Shown: positions 30,668 to 41,030, counted from the stretch's first letter. The stretch is DNA of 61,570 nucleotides from Bacteriovoracaceae bacterium (GCA_043721975.1 JAYSPR010000124.1:1-61570); one strand, 5' to 3'. Made by a program: numbers and translations. The notes: generated by a model not told the origin, from the letters alone.

Positions 30668-31642
30668 ATGAAAATTTATGATGTGGCAGTAATTGGTGGT
30701 GGTTCCGCTGGAGCAATGGCGGCTATGAGAGTTGTTCTTAACAATGATGAATGCCTTTTCTTTCCAGGATCTCCTAAAGATAAAAAGAAGTCTCGGGCTT
30801 TTTGGGTAACGAAAGTTGAAAATATGCCGGCCCATTTAAATTACAAAAAAGGTATTGAAGAACCCAATAAAGAATCTTTTGAATGGTTATCAAAAGGTCC
30901 ATTTAGTGAAAAATTTATTTGGAAAAAAAATTGTGGGATTACTTCCATTTCAAAAGATAGCGAAGGTCTCTTTCATTTAACAGATAACAAAAATGAAACT
31001 TACCTTGCTCGATATGTCATTCTTTGTACTGGTGTAATGGATGTCCAGCCAGAGATACAAGGTACTATAGAACCTATCTATCCTTACGCTAATATTCAAC
31101 TTGCAGACTATTGTCTTCGTTGTGATGGACATCACGTTTTAAATAAAAAGATTGCTGTCATCGGGCACACAACGAGTGCAGCTTGGGTCGCAGTTATGCT
31201 TTATGAAAGATATCAATGTCCGGAAGTGACTATTGTGACCAATGGGAAAAATCCGGAATTCGATGAAGAAAGTAAGGGACTGATTGCCAAGTATAATTTT
31301 AAAGTTGTGACAGAGGCGATTACAGAAATTAATGGTGATCCCAAAGCACAAAAGCTCTATGGATTTGTTTGTGAAGATAAAACCGTTAATGCAGATTTTA
31401 CTTTTATTGCTCTTGGCATGATTGTTTATAATGAACTGGCAAAAATGCTTAGTGCCAATCTTGACCAAAGAGGTTTTGTCATCGGAGACTCCAAGGGAAA
31501 AACATCAGTCGATGGACTTTACGTGGCCGGAGATCTACGCGCCAACACAAAAAAACAGATATATACAGCTTGGGATACGGCCGTTGATTCAGCAGATGAA
31601 ATTAACGTGCTGATTCGTCGAAAAAAGCGAATCACTACCTAG
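30668..31642 (+). CDS. Thioredoxin reductase-like FAD/NAD(P)H disulfide oxidoreductase
   Basis: VIGGGSAG, YCLRCDG and TSVDGLYVAGD. Confidence 0.88.
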   Translation: MKIYDVAVIGGGSAGAMAAMRVVLNNDECLFFPGSPKDKKKSRAFWVTKVENMPAHLNYKKGIEEPNKESFEWLSKGPFSEKFIWKKNCGITSISKDSEGLFHLTDNKNETYLARYVILCTGVMDVQPEIQGTIEPIYPYANIQLADYCLRCDGHHVLNKKIAVIGHTTSAAWVAVMLYERYQCPEVTIVTNGKNPEFDEESKGLIAKYNFKVVTEAITEINGDPKAQKLYGFVCEDKTVNADFTFIALGMIVYNELAKMLSANLDQRGFVIGDSKGKTSVDGLYVAGDLRANTKKQIYTAWDTAVDSADEINVLIRRKKRITT

Positions 31643-31742
31643 TTATTATCAAAGATCTTTCACAACACTTCAGGCGTAAAATATATTCATAAGGCCAGAG
31701 AGTATCTCTCTTCGGGCCACGTCAAACCACGGAGGATGACAC

Positions 31743-32027
31743 ATGAAAAAATTGAACGCGACAGACATGATTGATGAAGCAACAGTAGAATTAGAGAAAT
31801 TCGCCCCTAGGAATTCTCATGTTGAAATTGATGTTAAAGAAGATCCTATAGGGCACTTTAGCACGAACATCAAGCTGCAGACAAAGTATAGAACTTACTT
31901 TGCTAAGAAAGAGGATATCTTTCTTTATAAAAGTTTTTCTAAAGCGATTAAGGCTATTAAAGCTCAGTTGGAGAAAAAACGGACTCATCATATTCATGGG
32001 CATACGAGTTTAAAAAATTCACACTAA
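31743..32027 (+). CDS. HPF/RaiA-like small protein
   Basis: GGAGG SD; size and the ...FAKKED..LY.SF..AI..I..QL.K.R pattern resemble HPF/S30AE. Confidence 0.55.
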   Translation: MKKLNATDMIDEATVELEKFAPRNSHVEIDVKEDPIGHFSTNIKLQTKYRTYFAKKEDIFLYKSFSKAIKAIKAQLEKKRTHHIHGHTSLKNSH

Positions 32028-32038
32028 TATTTTACGAC

Positions 32039-32078
32039 TGTAAAGTTCGATGATCCATCTTGATCATCGAACTTTACA
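32039..32078. terminator. 17-bp perfect inverted repeat between convergent genes
   Basis: TGTAAAGTTCGATGATC-CATCTT-GATCATCGAACTTTACA, overlapping the stop codon at 32074. Confidence 0.7.
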
Positions 32079-33525
32079 AGGTGAAGTCTGCGCAGGCTTC
32101 TTGCGAATCAGCCTTCTTTTTTTCTTGATATTGCTTATTATACATTTGACTAACAAGCTCCTGGACTTTGGTGGCTTTTTCCCAAATTACGGCGTATTTT
32201 TTGGGTAGGCCTGAATAGAGCTCTTTTACTTTAAGTAAGTTGGGATTTTCGGCGATTACTTTTTTTCTAGCTGCATCGATTTTTTCAAATTTTTCTATAA
32301 CAAATTCTATTCGATCAATTTCGCTTTGATTTATGGGCTTCTTTTTTCTTTCTAATTCCAAATCTGCTTTGTAAAGAGGTATATCTTTGGGGAGATATAG
32401 TCTAAATAGAGCTTCAATTTGTAGTTTCTCAAATTTTTTCAATGGTTTTTTGACACCATTACTGCCACGTGAATATTCTAAATATTCAATACTAATTGTC
32501 TCTTCGAGCTTCATATGATTGAAGTTATGTAAATCAGCTATTAATTTGTCTTGAAATTGCTTGTAATCTTTAAGTGCTTCAACTAAATCACTTAAGCCAG
32601 AAGTTTGGTTGGTCAATTTCCCATTTATATCAACGAATGCTTGGATTTGTTTCATCAAAACATTAAAATCGTTTTCTCTCGTGCACATTCCAACTTGATT
32701 CGCCACAGAGTTTAGGAGTGGGCTTAGCTTATCAGCTTTACTATCTTCAGTGATAATATTTAAATATGGACTAATGAGTGAGTATAAATCTTGATTCAAA
32801 GCTAAACCAGCCTTAGTAGAAATCATGGGAAAAGCGGGCTGTGTGTAATTTTTTTGAGTTTTTAAAAAAACATTCTCTAGCGACATACCAGGTTCCATTT
32901 GTGAATAAAATTTCTTAGCAAAATCGGAATAGGCAAAATGATTTGGCCCAGAAGCAGCAATTACACAGGTATTTTTATTAGCTAATATAAGACTGTTTCC
33001 CGAGTGACAACTAAAATCTAAAATTCCCAGCTTTATTCCTTTTGATAATGCAAGATCTGATAGAACTTTTAACTTATCAATTGAATCTGACTTGGGACCT
33101 TCAATTTTTGTTAGGTCTTCTAAATTTGCTCCTGTCATAGCAATAGAATGAGTTTGATATTTTTCAGTCTTAACACCGCCATGAGTTTCAATTATAATTA
33201 AAAGTGATTCACCGGCTTGGATCTTTCCAGATTTAATTTTGTTAACATAATCTTGAATTACCAAGTCATAGTTTTGCGATGTAAAGCTACTATTTTCAAC
33301 CTTTAATTCATCTTTTAAAATGGTCTCTGTTTCGCTGTGGCCTGAGTTAAATACAGATTTAATATTTAAATTCAGATCACTTTTCTTTTTTGCAAGTTCT
33401 CTAAGATTTGGATCAAAGATAGTATTATTCTTTTTTCCTTCTCCACCTCCTCCGAACAAGATGACTTCCAGAGAGTAACTAGGCAAGGACTTGCACATTA
33501 ATAAAAATAATATAATTTTTTTCAT
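32074..33525 (-). CDS. Secreted clan CD (caspase/legumain-fold) cysteine peptidase-like protein, copy A
   Basis: Signal peptide; LLIIIETHGG and LGILDFSCHSG give the His-Gly...Ser-Cys dyad pattern; helical C-terminal half. Confidence 0.7.
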   Translation of the reverse strand: MKKIILFLLMCKSLPSYSLEVILFGGGGEGKKNNTIFDPNLRELAKKKSDLNLNIKSVFNSGHSETETILKDELKVENSSFTSQNYDLVIQDYVNKIKSGKIQAGESLLIIIETHGGVKTEKYQTHSIAMTGANLEDLTKIEGPKSDSIDKLKVLSDLALSKGIKLGILDFSCHSGNSLILANKNTCVIAASGPNHFAYSDFAKKFYSQMEPGMSLENVFLKTQKNYTQPAFPMISTKAGLALNQDLYSLISPYLNIITEDSKADKLSPLLNSVANQVGMCTRENDFNVLMKQIQAFVDINGKLTNQTSGLSDLVEALKDYKQFQDKLIADLHNFNHMKLEETISIEYLEYSRGSNGVKKPLKKFEKLQIEALFRLYLPKDIPLYKADLELERKKKPINQSEIDRIEFVIEKFEKIDAARKKVIAENPNLLKVKELYSGLPKKYAVIWEKATKVQELVSQMYNKQYQEKKKADSQEACADFTL

Positions 33526-33887
33526 TGGGTACAGCCTATTTTTTTTAGAAATTTAAAATTTTCATTTTTGTTTATTACTAATGGATCTGGCAAAATTAAT
33601 TTAATTTCAGTGACGTTTGAAGCTTCACCTTTATATCCATCAAAATTTTTTGCAGTAATGTTAGCACTTATGTAAAGGTCTCTATATCCTATCAAAGAAG
33701 CTTGGCTTGTTTTTGATATTTCTAATTCAATTTCTGATTGAGTTTTTGCATTTACTATTAGGTTAAGTTTATTACCTATGGCTTTTTTAACATAAGCCTT
33801 TACTTCAAATTGATCGCAATTCAAGACAGTTGAAGCATGGAGGCTAAGGGAGGTAATTGATAAAATAGAGAATATAATTTTTTTCAT
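33522..33887 (-). CDS. Small secreted partner protein, copy A (121 aa)
   Basis: Signal peptide from ATG 33887; N- and C-terminal Cys, SEI.L.IS and PDPL; ATGA overlap with the peptidase. Confidence 0.8.
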   Translation of the reverse strand: MKKIIFSILSITSLSLHASTVLNCDQFEVKAYVKKAIGNKLNLIVNAKTQSEIELEISKTSQASLIGYRDLYISANITAKNFDGYKGEASNVTEIKLILPDPLVINKNENFKFLKKIGCTQ

Positions 33888-34114
33888 ATGTACTTTTAAA
33901 ATATTATCATTCTTCGGTTTTTTATTTAAGTAAGAATTTAATGCCATAGCCTGGTAGTTGAAACATTCAACGTCAATTCAATCAAGATTTATACCCCATC
34001 AAAATAGTAGAGCATTTAGCATGGCTAAAGTCTTAGAATGCTAATCCGAATATAAGTCGATATTAGCTCACTTAAATATAAAAATAATAATGGTATACTC
34101 ACTACTGGGTGCGC

Positions 34115-34480
34115 ATGAAAAATTTAATATATCTTATGATTCTTTTATTTCCACTTTATGCGTATTCTGAACGCGTAAAAAAATGTGATCTTTACCATGT
34201 CGTCGGTTATGTTAAAAAAGACGCTAAGAGTATTCTTAAGCTTGTCATTAATGAAAAATCTAAATCTGAAATTCAGTTATTCATCAGCACCTCAAACATT
34301 TCAAAATTCTCAGCCTATTTAGATACTTTTATTTCAGCTGAGGTTAGCGTTAATCAATTTGATGGTTTTACTGGAGTAGCCTCTGATCCAATCAATATAA
34401 AGCTCTCTGTTCCCGATCCACTTCTAATCAAGAATGACGATTCCTTTAAGCTGGTATCGAAAAAAGGCTGCGCTAAATGA
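34115..34480 (+). CDS. Small secreted partner protein, copy B (121 aa)
   Basis: Paralog of 33522..33887 (CD...YVKK, SEIQLFIS, FDG, PDPL, KKGC); ATGA overlap. Confidence 0.8.
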   Translation: MKNLIYLMILLFPLYAYSERVKKCDLYHVVGYVKKDAKSILKLVINEKSKSEIQLFISTSNISKFSAYLDTFISAEVSVNQFDGFTGVASDPINIKLSVPDPLLIKNDDSFKLVSKKGCAK

Positions 34481-35928
34481 AAATTATAATTTTTGCATTT
34501 ATTATTTTTACTTCTACAAATTCCTATTGCCTCGAAACAATACTCTTGGGTGGTGGAGGAGAACCAAAAAAGCAATCGACAATATTTGATGAATCTTTAA
34601 AGATCCTGGCTTCCAAAAAAGAAGCTTTGGGTTTGAAGGTTCATTCTGTATTTAATTCTGGTCATGCAGATACTGAGCTTATCTTGAGCACTCAATTAAA
34701 AGCAACCAATACCAGTTTTACTTCAGAAAATTTTGACAAAACTATTGAGAATTTTGTGGCAAAGATTGAGTCTGGAGAAATTGCAGAGGGCGAGAAGCTT
34801 TTAATCATCGTCGACAGTCACGGCGGAGCAAAACAGAAAAATCAGCAAACACACTCCATCGCCATGGTTGGATCTAACTTAACAGATCTCTCAAAAGTTG
34901 AAGGTGAGCACACGGAATCTATGGATAAATTGAAAGCACTATCTGACATTGCCCTGGCTAAAGGAATTAAGCTAGGGATACTTGATTTCAGCTGCCACTC
35001 TGGAAACTCGCTTTCACTGGCAAATAAAAATACATGTGTCATCACTGCTTCAGGGCCTAACCATTTTGCTTTTGCTAGTTTTCCATCTCAATTCTACAAT
35101 GAAATGAAGCCCGGATTATCTCTAGAAGATGTTTTCCTCAATACCAGAAAAGTTTTTACATCCCCATCTTTTCCCATGATCTCAACCTCGGCCGGTTTAA
35201 GTTTGAATGATGAGTTGTATTCTTTGTTTTCTGCTTATTTAAATACAACATCAAAAGATGGCATAGCTGATAAGCTTAGTCCCTACATAAGTAAGATCGC
35301 CACTCCAATTGGTATATGCCAAAGAGAGGATGAGTACCAAATTCTCTTGAAAAAAGTTCAAGATTTTGTGGCTATTAATGGAAAGTTAACCAGTCAGTTT
35401 GGTGCAACTGAAGATTTAGTTGAAGCTCTTGCTAATTATAAAAAATACCAGGATGACTTAATTCAAGAGATCAGCCCTATTAATGCTAAATTAAAAGAGT
35501 CTATAGAATTGGAGTATTATGTGTATGTAAATCGCCCAGGGCTGAGGCTCAAAGTTCCGAAAACTGAAAAAATTCAGATTGAAGACCTCTTCAAAATTTA
35601 CAAGAAATCTAATATTCCATCATTAGAAGCACTACTAGAAGAGGAACTAAAAAAGATTCCAACAAATCAGACAGCTATCGATGAATTAGAGGTGAGTGTT
35701 TTTAAATATAAAAAAATTGATGAACTAAGAAAAAAAGTTCTAGAACAAAATACTGGTCTTATTACACGTGTAGAAAATATTTATGATAGTTTACCTGCTA
35801 AATATGATGAACTATGGCAAAGAGCTGTGAAAATTTCTGAGCTTGCTAATCATATGTACATGAAAGGTTATAAAGATAAAAAAATATTAGAATCAGCAAG
35901 TGACGCCTGTTCTGATTTTAAGCTTTAA
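34477..35928 (+). CDS. Secreted clan CD cysteine peptidase-like protein, copy B
   Basis: LLIIVDSHGG and LGILDFSCHSG; collinear with copy A and also 483 aa. Confidence 0.7.
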   Translation: MKIIIFAFIIFTSTNSYCLETILLGGGGEPKKQSTIFDESLKILASKKEALGLKVHSVFNSGHADTELILSTQLKATNTSFTSENFDKTIENFVAKIESGEIAEGEKLLIIVDSHGGAKQKNQQTHSIAMVGSNLTDLSKVEGEHTESMDKLKALSDIALAKGIKLGILDFSCHSGNSLSLANKNTCVITASGPNHFAFASFPSQFYNEMKPGLSLEDVFLNTRKVFTSPSFPMISTSAGLSLNDELYSLFSAYLNTTSKDGIADKLSPYISKIATPIGICQREDEYQILLKKVQDFVAINGKLTSQFGATEDLVEALANYKKYQDDLIQEISPINAKLKESIELEYYVYVNRPGLRLKVPKTEKIQIEDLFKIYKKSNIPSLEALLEEELKKIPTNQTAIDELEVSVFKYKKIDELRKKVLEQNTGLITRVENIYDSLPAKYDELWQRAVKISELANHMYMKGYKDKKILESASDACSDFKL

Positions 35929-35980
35929 TTAGAAAAAATATCCTCATTTTCTAGGCATAGATAGTTCCGATTATTTATAT

Positions 35981-36316
35981 TTACTTAATTGGAATAATTT
36001 CGACATCTCCCAGGACTTTCGCTCGACATGAAAGCCTAACCGTTTTTCCCGGGTAAAGATCCTTTATCGAGTTCACTGTATCCGTTTCCACAGCTCCCAT
36101 GGGAGAGAGATTTTCTATTCCCTTAATCACATGAATGCGACAAGAGCCACATGATCCTGCCAAGCAGCCATGAGGTAATGAGAGCGCTTGCCTTTCGAGC
36201 TCGTCATATAAAACAGCACTTAAATTAACTTTATAGTTACGTGGAGCCTTGGATTCTTTTTCTTCAGCAGGGTCAAGATGTACTAACACGGTGGGCATAT
36301 TTATTTTATCCTTCAA
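35981..36316 (-). CDS. 2Fe-2S ferredoxin
   Basis: GCLAGSCGSC...RLSC. Confidence 0.88.
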   Translation of the reverse strand: MKDKINMPTVLVHLDPAEEKESKAPRNYKVNLSAVLYDELERQALSLPHGCLAGSCGSCRIHVIKGIENLSPMGAVETDTVNSIKDLYPGKTVRLSCRAKVLGDVEIIPIK

Positions 36317-36383
36317 AGAATATTATCTTTCAATTGTAAAACACGATGCAAAATTTATCCAACTTTAAAAGTGAGGACTTGAG

Positions 36384-37493
36384 ATGTTTACCTTTGAAAA
36401 ATTATATTCTATGGGCCACGAAGAAGTCGTTTTTTTCTCCGACTCTTCTTGTAACCTAAAAGCAATCGTTGCTATTCATAACACAACTTTAGGACCTGCT
36501 TTAGGTGGGACAAGAATGTGGAATTATAATTCAATCGATGAAGCTATCGAAGATGCTCTTAGGCTTTCTCGAGGGATGACTTATAAAAATTCAATCTCTG
36601 GATTAAATCTTGGCGGCGGTAAAGCCGTTATCATGGGAGATCCTACAAAAGATAAATCAGAAGCACTTTTTAGATCATATGGACGATTTGTTGAATCTCT
36701 CAATGGTCGTTATATCACTGCTGAAGATGTGAATACGACAGTTGAAGACATGGAATTTATTTTTACTGAAACGAGTAACGTCACAGGTGTTGCTGAAATT
36801 AATGGTGGTTCAGGTAACCCAAGCCCGTGGACGGCTCGCGGTGTCTTTCGTGGAATGGAAGCAAGTTGTTTAAAGGTTTTCGGCGATAAATCACTTAAAG
36901 GAAAAGTCGTAGCACTTCAAGGAGCTGGTTCAGTAGGGACTCATTTAGGAAGACATTTATTTGAAGCCGGCGCAAAAGTTATTTTTACCGATATGAATGA
37001 AACGAACATTGCTCGATTTAAAGAAACTGTACCAAATGCAGAATTCGTTGCTCTCAACGATATCTACGATGTGAAAGCTGATGTCTACGCACCATGTGCT
37101 CTTGGAGCAACTGTTAATGATCAAACTATTGATAGATTAAAAGTAAAAATTATCTGTGGTGCTGCTAATAACCAACTTGCAGAAAATCGTCACGGAGATA
37201 TGTTAAAAGAAAAAGGCATACTTTATGCTCCAGACTACCTCATCAATGCAGGTGGAGTTATGAACGTGTCGATTGAGTTTGAAGGCTGGTCGGCAGAAAA
37301 AGCCACAAAGATGGTTGATAAAATTTATGATACAACTCTTAAAATCTTTAAACTTTCTGATGAGCAAAATATTCCTGTTTATAAAGCCACTGACTTAATG
37401 GCCGAACAAAGAATTGCCTCAATCAAAAATATTAGAGGTAAGTACCTAGGAAACTTAAGCCACCGTTTCCCTGGTCGCAAGTCACGTCAATAA
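36384..37493 (+). CDS. Leu/Phe/Val dehydrogenase
   Basis: LGPALGGTR, GMTYK, LGGGKAVI, YITAEDV, GAANNQL and YAPDYLINAGG. Confidence 0.93.
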   Translation: MFTFEKLYSMGHEEVVFFSDSSCNLKAIVAIHNTTLGPALGGTRMWNYNSIDEAIEDALRLSRGMTYKNSISGLNLGGGKAVIMGDPTKDKSEALFRSYGRFVESLNGRYITAEDVNTTVEDMEFIFTETSNVTGVAEINGGSGNPSPWTARGVFRGMEASCLKVFGDKSLKGKVVALQGAGSVGTHLGRHLFEAGAKVIFTDMNETNIARFKETVPNAEFVALNDIYDVKADVYAPCALGATVNDQTIDRLKVKIICGAANNQLAENRHGDMLKEKGILYAPDYLINAGGVMNVSIEFEGWSAEKATKMVDKIYDTTLKIFKLSDEQNIPVYKATDLMAEQRIASIKNIRGKYLGNLSHRFPGRKSRQ

Positions 37494-37503
37494 AATGCTA
37501 TTC

Positions 37504-37537
37504 GCCAGTACGGCTTTAATGCAGTACTGGTGTTTTC
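37504..37537 (+). terminator. Probable intrinsic terminator
   Basis: GCCAGTAC...GTACTGGT followed by GTTTTCTT. Confidence 0.6.
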
Positions 37538-37606
37538 TTCTCGGTTAATGAGGACTTCTTTACCTTCCTATCTTTAAGTGTCAAAAAAAATTAAAATATA
37601 CCTATT

Positions 37607-38707
37607 ATGATGAAGTGGATTTTTACATTCATATTTTCATTTCTTTTTACTATCAATGCCTGGGCCATTGATTTTGAAGATGCTATTTTTCCAGAGTTAG
37701 CAACAAGCGGCCGAGCGCTTGCTATGGGAAATGCATTCATTTCAAAAGTAGATGATGCTTCAGCTGCTTTTTATAACCCTGCCGGTCTCGGCAGTGTACG
37801 TTTTCCACATCTACATTTATCAAATTTTCATCTGGAAGTGAACAAAGGATTTCTTTCAGCAGGTACAGGTGGAGCTCTGAGCGATGCCATCTCAAATTCG
37901 ACAAAAATGTTTTCTCTCGATGGTACTCGTGGTGTCCTCGTTAATAATGTAGGGGCCATTGCTCACTCACGTTTTCATTTACTTCCCAATTTCACTTCAC
38001 GTTTTTTTAGTGCGGGATATTTACTTGCTAAAAGAACGAGAGCTGTTGTGACGAATGGAACTTCTGCTACCGGTTTTGAATACGCAGATAGACTCGATCA
38101 TGGGCCATATGCTGCTTTAAATATTTCACTTTTTGGAGGTGTTTTTAAAGCTGGTGTCTCTGCCATTTTTCTCAATAGAAAAGAACTTATCGGAACAGCA
38201 GACCCAAGGAATACATTGAATGTTGATAGTTCTTATAAAAAAGGAAATGGATTTATTGTCACGACTGGAGTGAAACTGACTGTACCTATTATTTTCTTAC
38301 CTATTTTTTCCGCAACCATTCATAATTCAACTGCCCAAAAATTTCAAAATCCAAGTGGAGCCGGTGCACCCGATACAATTAAATCAAGTGTGGATGTTGG
38401 CTTTTCTTTAACACCACAAATTTCTAACAATAGTCGAGTTCACCTTGAAGTGAATTATAAAGATTTAGGCTCAGCCTATTCTGGAGTCACCATGGCCAGA
38501 AAAATATTAGTCGGGATGGAGCTAGATTTTTCTCGCGTTTTCTTTTTCAGGCTTGGCTATGGAGATGGTTTTGGATCAGCAGGTCTCGGAGTGAAATCGC
38601 AGCTTGTGGAGTTCGATATCACCACTTATGCCGTCGATACGACAGCAGCAACTTTCAGGGGTCGAGAAGACCGTCGCTTCGCGCTCACACTTTCAAGTGG
38701 TTTCTAG
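37607..38707 (+). CDS. Outer-membrane beta-barrel protein (PorV/TraF/FadL-like)
   Basis: Signal peptide, RALAMGNAF..DDASAAFYNPAGL, amphipathic strands, C-terminal Phe. Confidence 0.75.
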   Translation: MMKWIFTFIFSFLFTINAWAIDFEDAIFPELATSGRALAMGNAFISKVDDASAAFYNPAGLGSVRFPHLHLSNFHLEVNKGFLSAGTGGALSDAISNSTKMFSLDGTRGVLVNNVGAIAHSRFHLLPNFTSRFFSAGYLLAKRTRAVVTNGTSATGFEYADRLDHGPYAALNISLFGGVFKAGVSAIFLNRKELIGTADPRNTLNVDSSYKKGNGFIVTTGVKLTVPIIFLPIFSATIHNSTAQKFQNPSGAGAPDTIKSSVDVGFSLTPQISNNSRVHLEVNYKDLGSAYSGVTMARKILVGMELDFSRVFFFRLGYGDGFGSAGLGVKSQLVEFDITTYAVDTTAATFRGREDRRFALTLSSGF

Positions 38708-38813
38708 AACTTAAGTCACCAATGCCCAGAGTCAAAAACTCAGTAATTTAGACATTTAAAACACTTTTAGGTAAAGTCATTTCAATTAAATTTTAATCAC
38801 TCAAGGTGGAATA

Positions 38814-41027
38814 ATGTTGGAAAAGACATCTAAATCTAAAGTATCGACGATTGTCGCGAACACAAGCAATAAGACAAACACTCTTAGTAAAACTGATAAG
38901 TCTAAAGTCGAGCTCGCTAAAAAATATAATTTAGGCAAAAAAGAATTGCTTCATATGCTCACGAATGTCTACACATCACGAAAAGTAGATGATGCAGAAA
39001 TTTCAATGAAGAAACAATCAAAAGCTTTTTTTCAAATTTCAGGTGCAGGACATGAAGGTATCTTAACTGCCGCCGCGATGGTTTTAAAACCAAAGCATGA
39101 TTGGTTTATTGGTTACTACCGCGACCGTGCTCTATGCTTAGGCTTAGGAGTCACTCCTTACGAAATGCTTTGTCAGGCCAATGGAAACTTAGGAGACACA
39201 GCTTCTTACGGTCGAATGATGCCTGCTCACTGGGGAAATAAAAAACTTAATATTGTTAACAAGTCGTCTTGTACGGGCACGCAATTTCTTCAGGCCTGTG
39301 GCCTTGCTGAAGCAGGTATTTGGTTTAAAACTTTGCGTGATGAACATAAAGTTGATGTTAGTGGAATGGACTTTCACGACGACGAAATTGTTTACGTCTC
39401 AACAGGTGACGGAACCATTGCTCAAGGTGAATTTTGGGAAGGACTCACAACTTCTATCGTCAATAATCTTCCAGTGCTTTTTATGGTGGAAGATAATGGT
39501 TTTGCAATCTCAACACCGACTTACGTGCAGTATCCTGAAGGATCGATTTCAAAAACTCTTGCAAACTTTCCAGGTCTTAAAATTTTTAATTGTGACGGAT
39601 GTTGTCCAATTGATTCTTATGCAACGATGGTAGAAGCAGCAAACTATATTCGTAAAACAAGAAAACCTGCTCTTGTTCATGCGACTGTAACAAGACCATA
39701 CTCTCACTCTTTGTCTGATGATCATGGAATGTATAGAACTAAGGCGGAGCTCGCCGAAGAAGGCCTTCGAGATGTCTTTAATGCTTTTCCAAAGTTTTTA
39801 GTTGAAGCTGGCTTCATTACTGAAACTGAAAGAGAAGATGTTTTGAAAAAAGTTTCAAGTGACGTTAAAGCAGCAATGGATAAAGCGATAAATACTGAAT
39901 GGCCCAAAGTTGAATCTGTTATGGATCACCTTTATTCAGAGACAGTAGACATTACTGGATCGCAATTTGATGTTGCTCCAAATTTCACAGGTAAAGACGA
40001 TGTGCCAATGGCCGCATCGATTAATAAAGTTTTAAGGACTGAATTTGCTAAAAATCCAATGCTCAGAATGTGGGGCGAAGATGTTGCAGACTTTTTTGAA
40101 AAAGAACGTCTTAATAATCCAGAACTCAAAGGTAAAGGCGGAGTTTTTAAACTAACGGCCAATGTTCAACGTGAATCTCGCGATGGGCAAGTTTTCAATT
40201 CACCCCTTGCTGAAGCGAACGTTATTGGTCGGGCAATCGGTATGGCCATGAGAGGGATCAAACCAGTGGTTGAAATCCAGTTTTTCGATTATATCTGGAC
40301 AGCTTATATGCAACTCAAAAATGAAATGGCAACACTCCGTTACCGTTCTGGTGGGGATTTTAAATGCCCAATGGTTGTAAGGGTTCCAATTGGTGGTTAC
40401 CTAAAAGGGGGAGCGATTTATCACTCTCAATCAGGTGAATCACTCTTTACTCACGTTCCTGGCATCAGAGTCGCTTTTCCATCTAACTCAGCGGACGCTG
40501 CAGGATTACTCCGAACAGCAATCCACGGCGATGATCCAGTCATGTTTTTAGAGCATAAACATTTATATTACCAAGGTTATAACCGTGCTGCAGATCCTGG
40601 GGAAGAGTTCATGATTCCTTTTGGGAAAGCTCGCATTGCACGCACTGGCTCTGATGCAACGATTGTTGCTTGGGGAGCACTTGTTCAAAAATCTATTGAA
40701 GCAGCAAAAAAATTAGAAGCATCAACAGGAAAATCGGTTGAAGTCATCGACCTTAGAACTCTTGCCCCTTACGATTTTGAAGCCATTAGAAAATCAATTG
40801 CAAAAACGTCAAGACTCATGATTGCTCATGAAGAACATAAGACTTCTGGATTTGCTGGGGAGATCGCTGCTCGCGTGAATGAAGAGTGTTTTGAGCTTTT
40901 GGATGCGCCGATTTTAAGAGTGGGTGCTCTAGATGTTCATTGTGCTTATAACCCAGGACTTGAAGATGTGATTTTACCTCAGATAAGTCATGTGGAAGAA
41001 GTTTTAGAAAGGCTCTTAAAATATTAA
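38814..41027 (+). CDS. 2-oxoacid (probably branched-chain) dehydrogenase E1, fused alpha/beta
   Basis: GYYRDR, TPP motif GDG..NN, HSLSDD, EIQFFDY, HSQS, DPVMFLEHK and EVIDLRTL; neighbours the Leu dehydrogenase. Confidence 0.92.
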   Translation: MLEKTSKSKVSTIVANTSNKTNTLSKTDKSKVELAKKYNLGKKELLHMLTNVYTSRKVDDAEISMKKQSKAFFQISGAGHEGILTAAAMVLKPKHDWFIGYYRDRALCLGLGVTPYEMLCQANGNLGDTASYGRMMPAHWGNKKLNIVNKSSCTGTQFLQACGLAEAGIWFKTLRDEHKVDVSGMDFHDDEIVYVSTGDGTIAQGEFWEGLTTSIVNNLPVLFMVEDNGFAISTPTYVQYPEGSISKTLANFPGLKIFNCDGCCPIDSYATMVEAANYIRKTRKPALVHATVTRPYSHSLSDDHGMYRTKAELAEEGLRDVFNAFPKFLVEAGFITETEREDVLKKVSSDVKAAMDKAINTEWPKVESVMDHLYSETVDITGSQFDVAPNFTGKDDVPMAASINKVLRTEFAKNPMLRMWGEDVADFFEKERLNNPELKGKGGVFKLTANVQRESRDGQVFNSPLAEANVIGRAIGMAMRGIKPVVEIQFFDYIWTAYMQLKNEMATLRYRSGGDFKCPMVVRVPIGGYLKGGAIYHSQSGESLFTHVPGIRVAFPSNSADAAGLLRTAIHGDDPVMFLEHKHLYYQGYNRAADPGEEFMIPFGKARIARTGSDATIVAWGALVQKSIEAAKKLEASTGKSVEVIDLRTLAPYDFEAIRKSIAKTSRLMIAHEEHKTSGFAGEIAARVNEECFELLDAPILRVGALDVHCAYNPGLEDVILPQISHVEEVLERLLKY

Positions 41028-41030
41028 AAT

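Noticed and set aside
32074-35928. Invertible DNA/shufflon or assembly artefact for the mirrored operons
   Set aside because: The arms are too diverged at DNA level to be an assembly duplicate. No recombinase and no clear terminal inverted repeats were seen.
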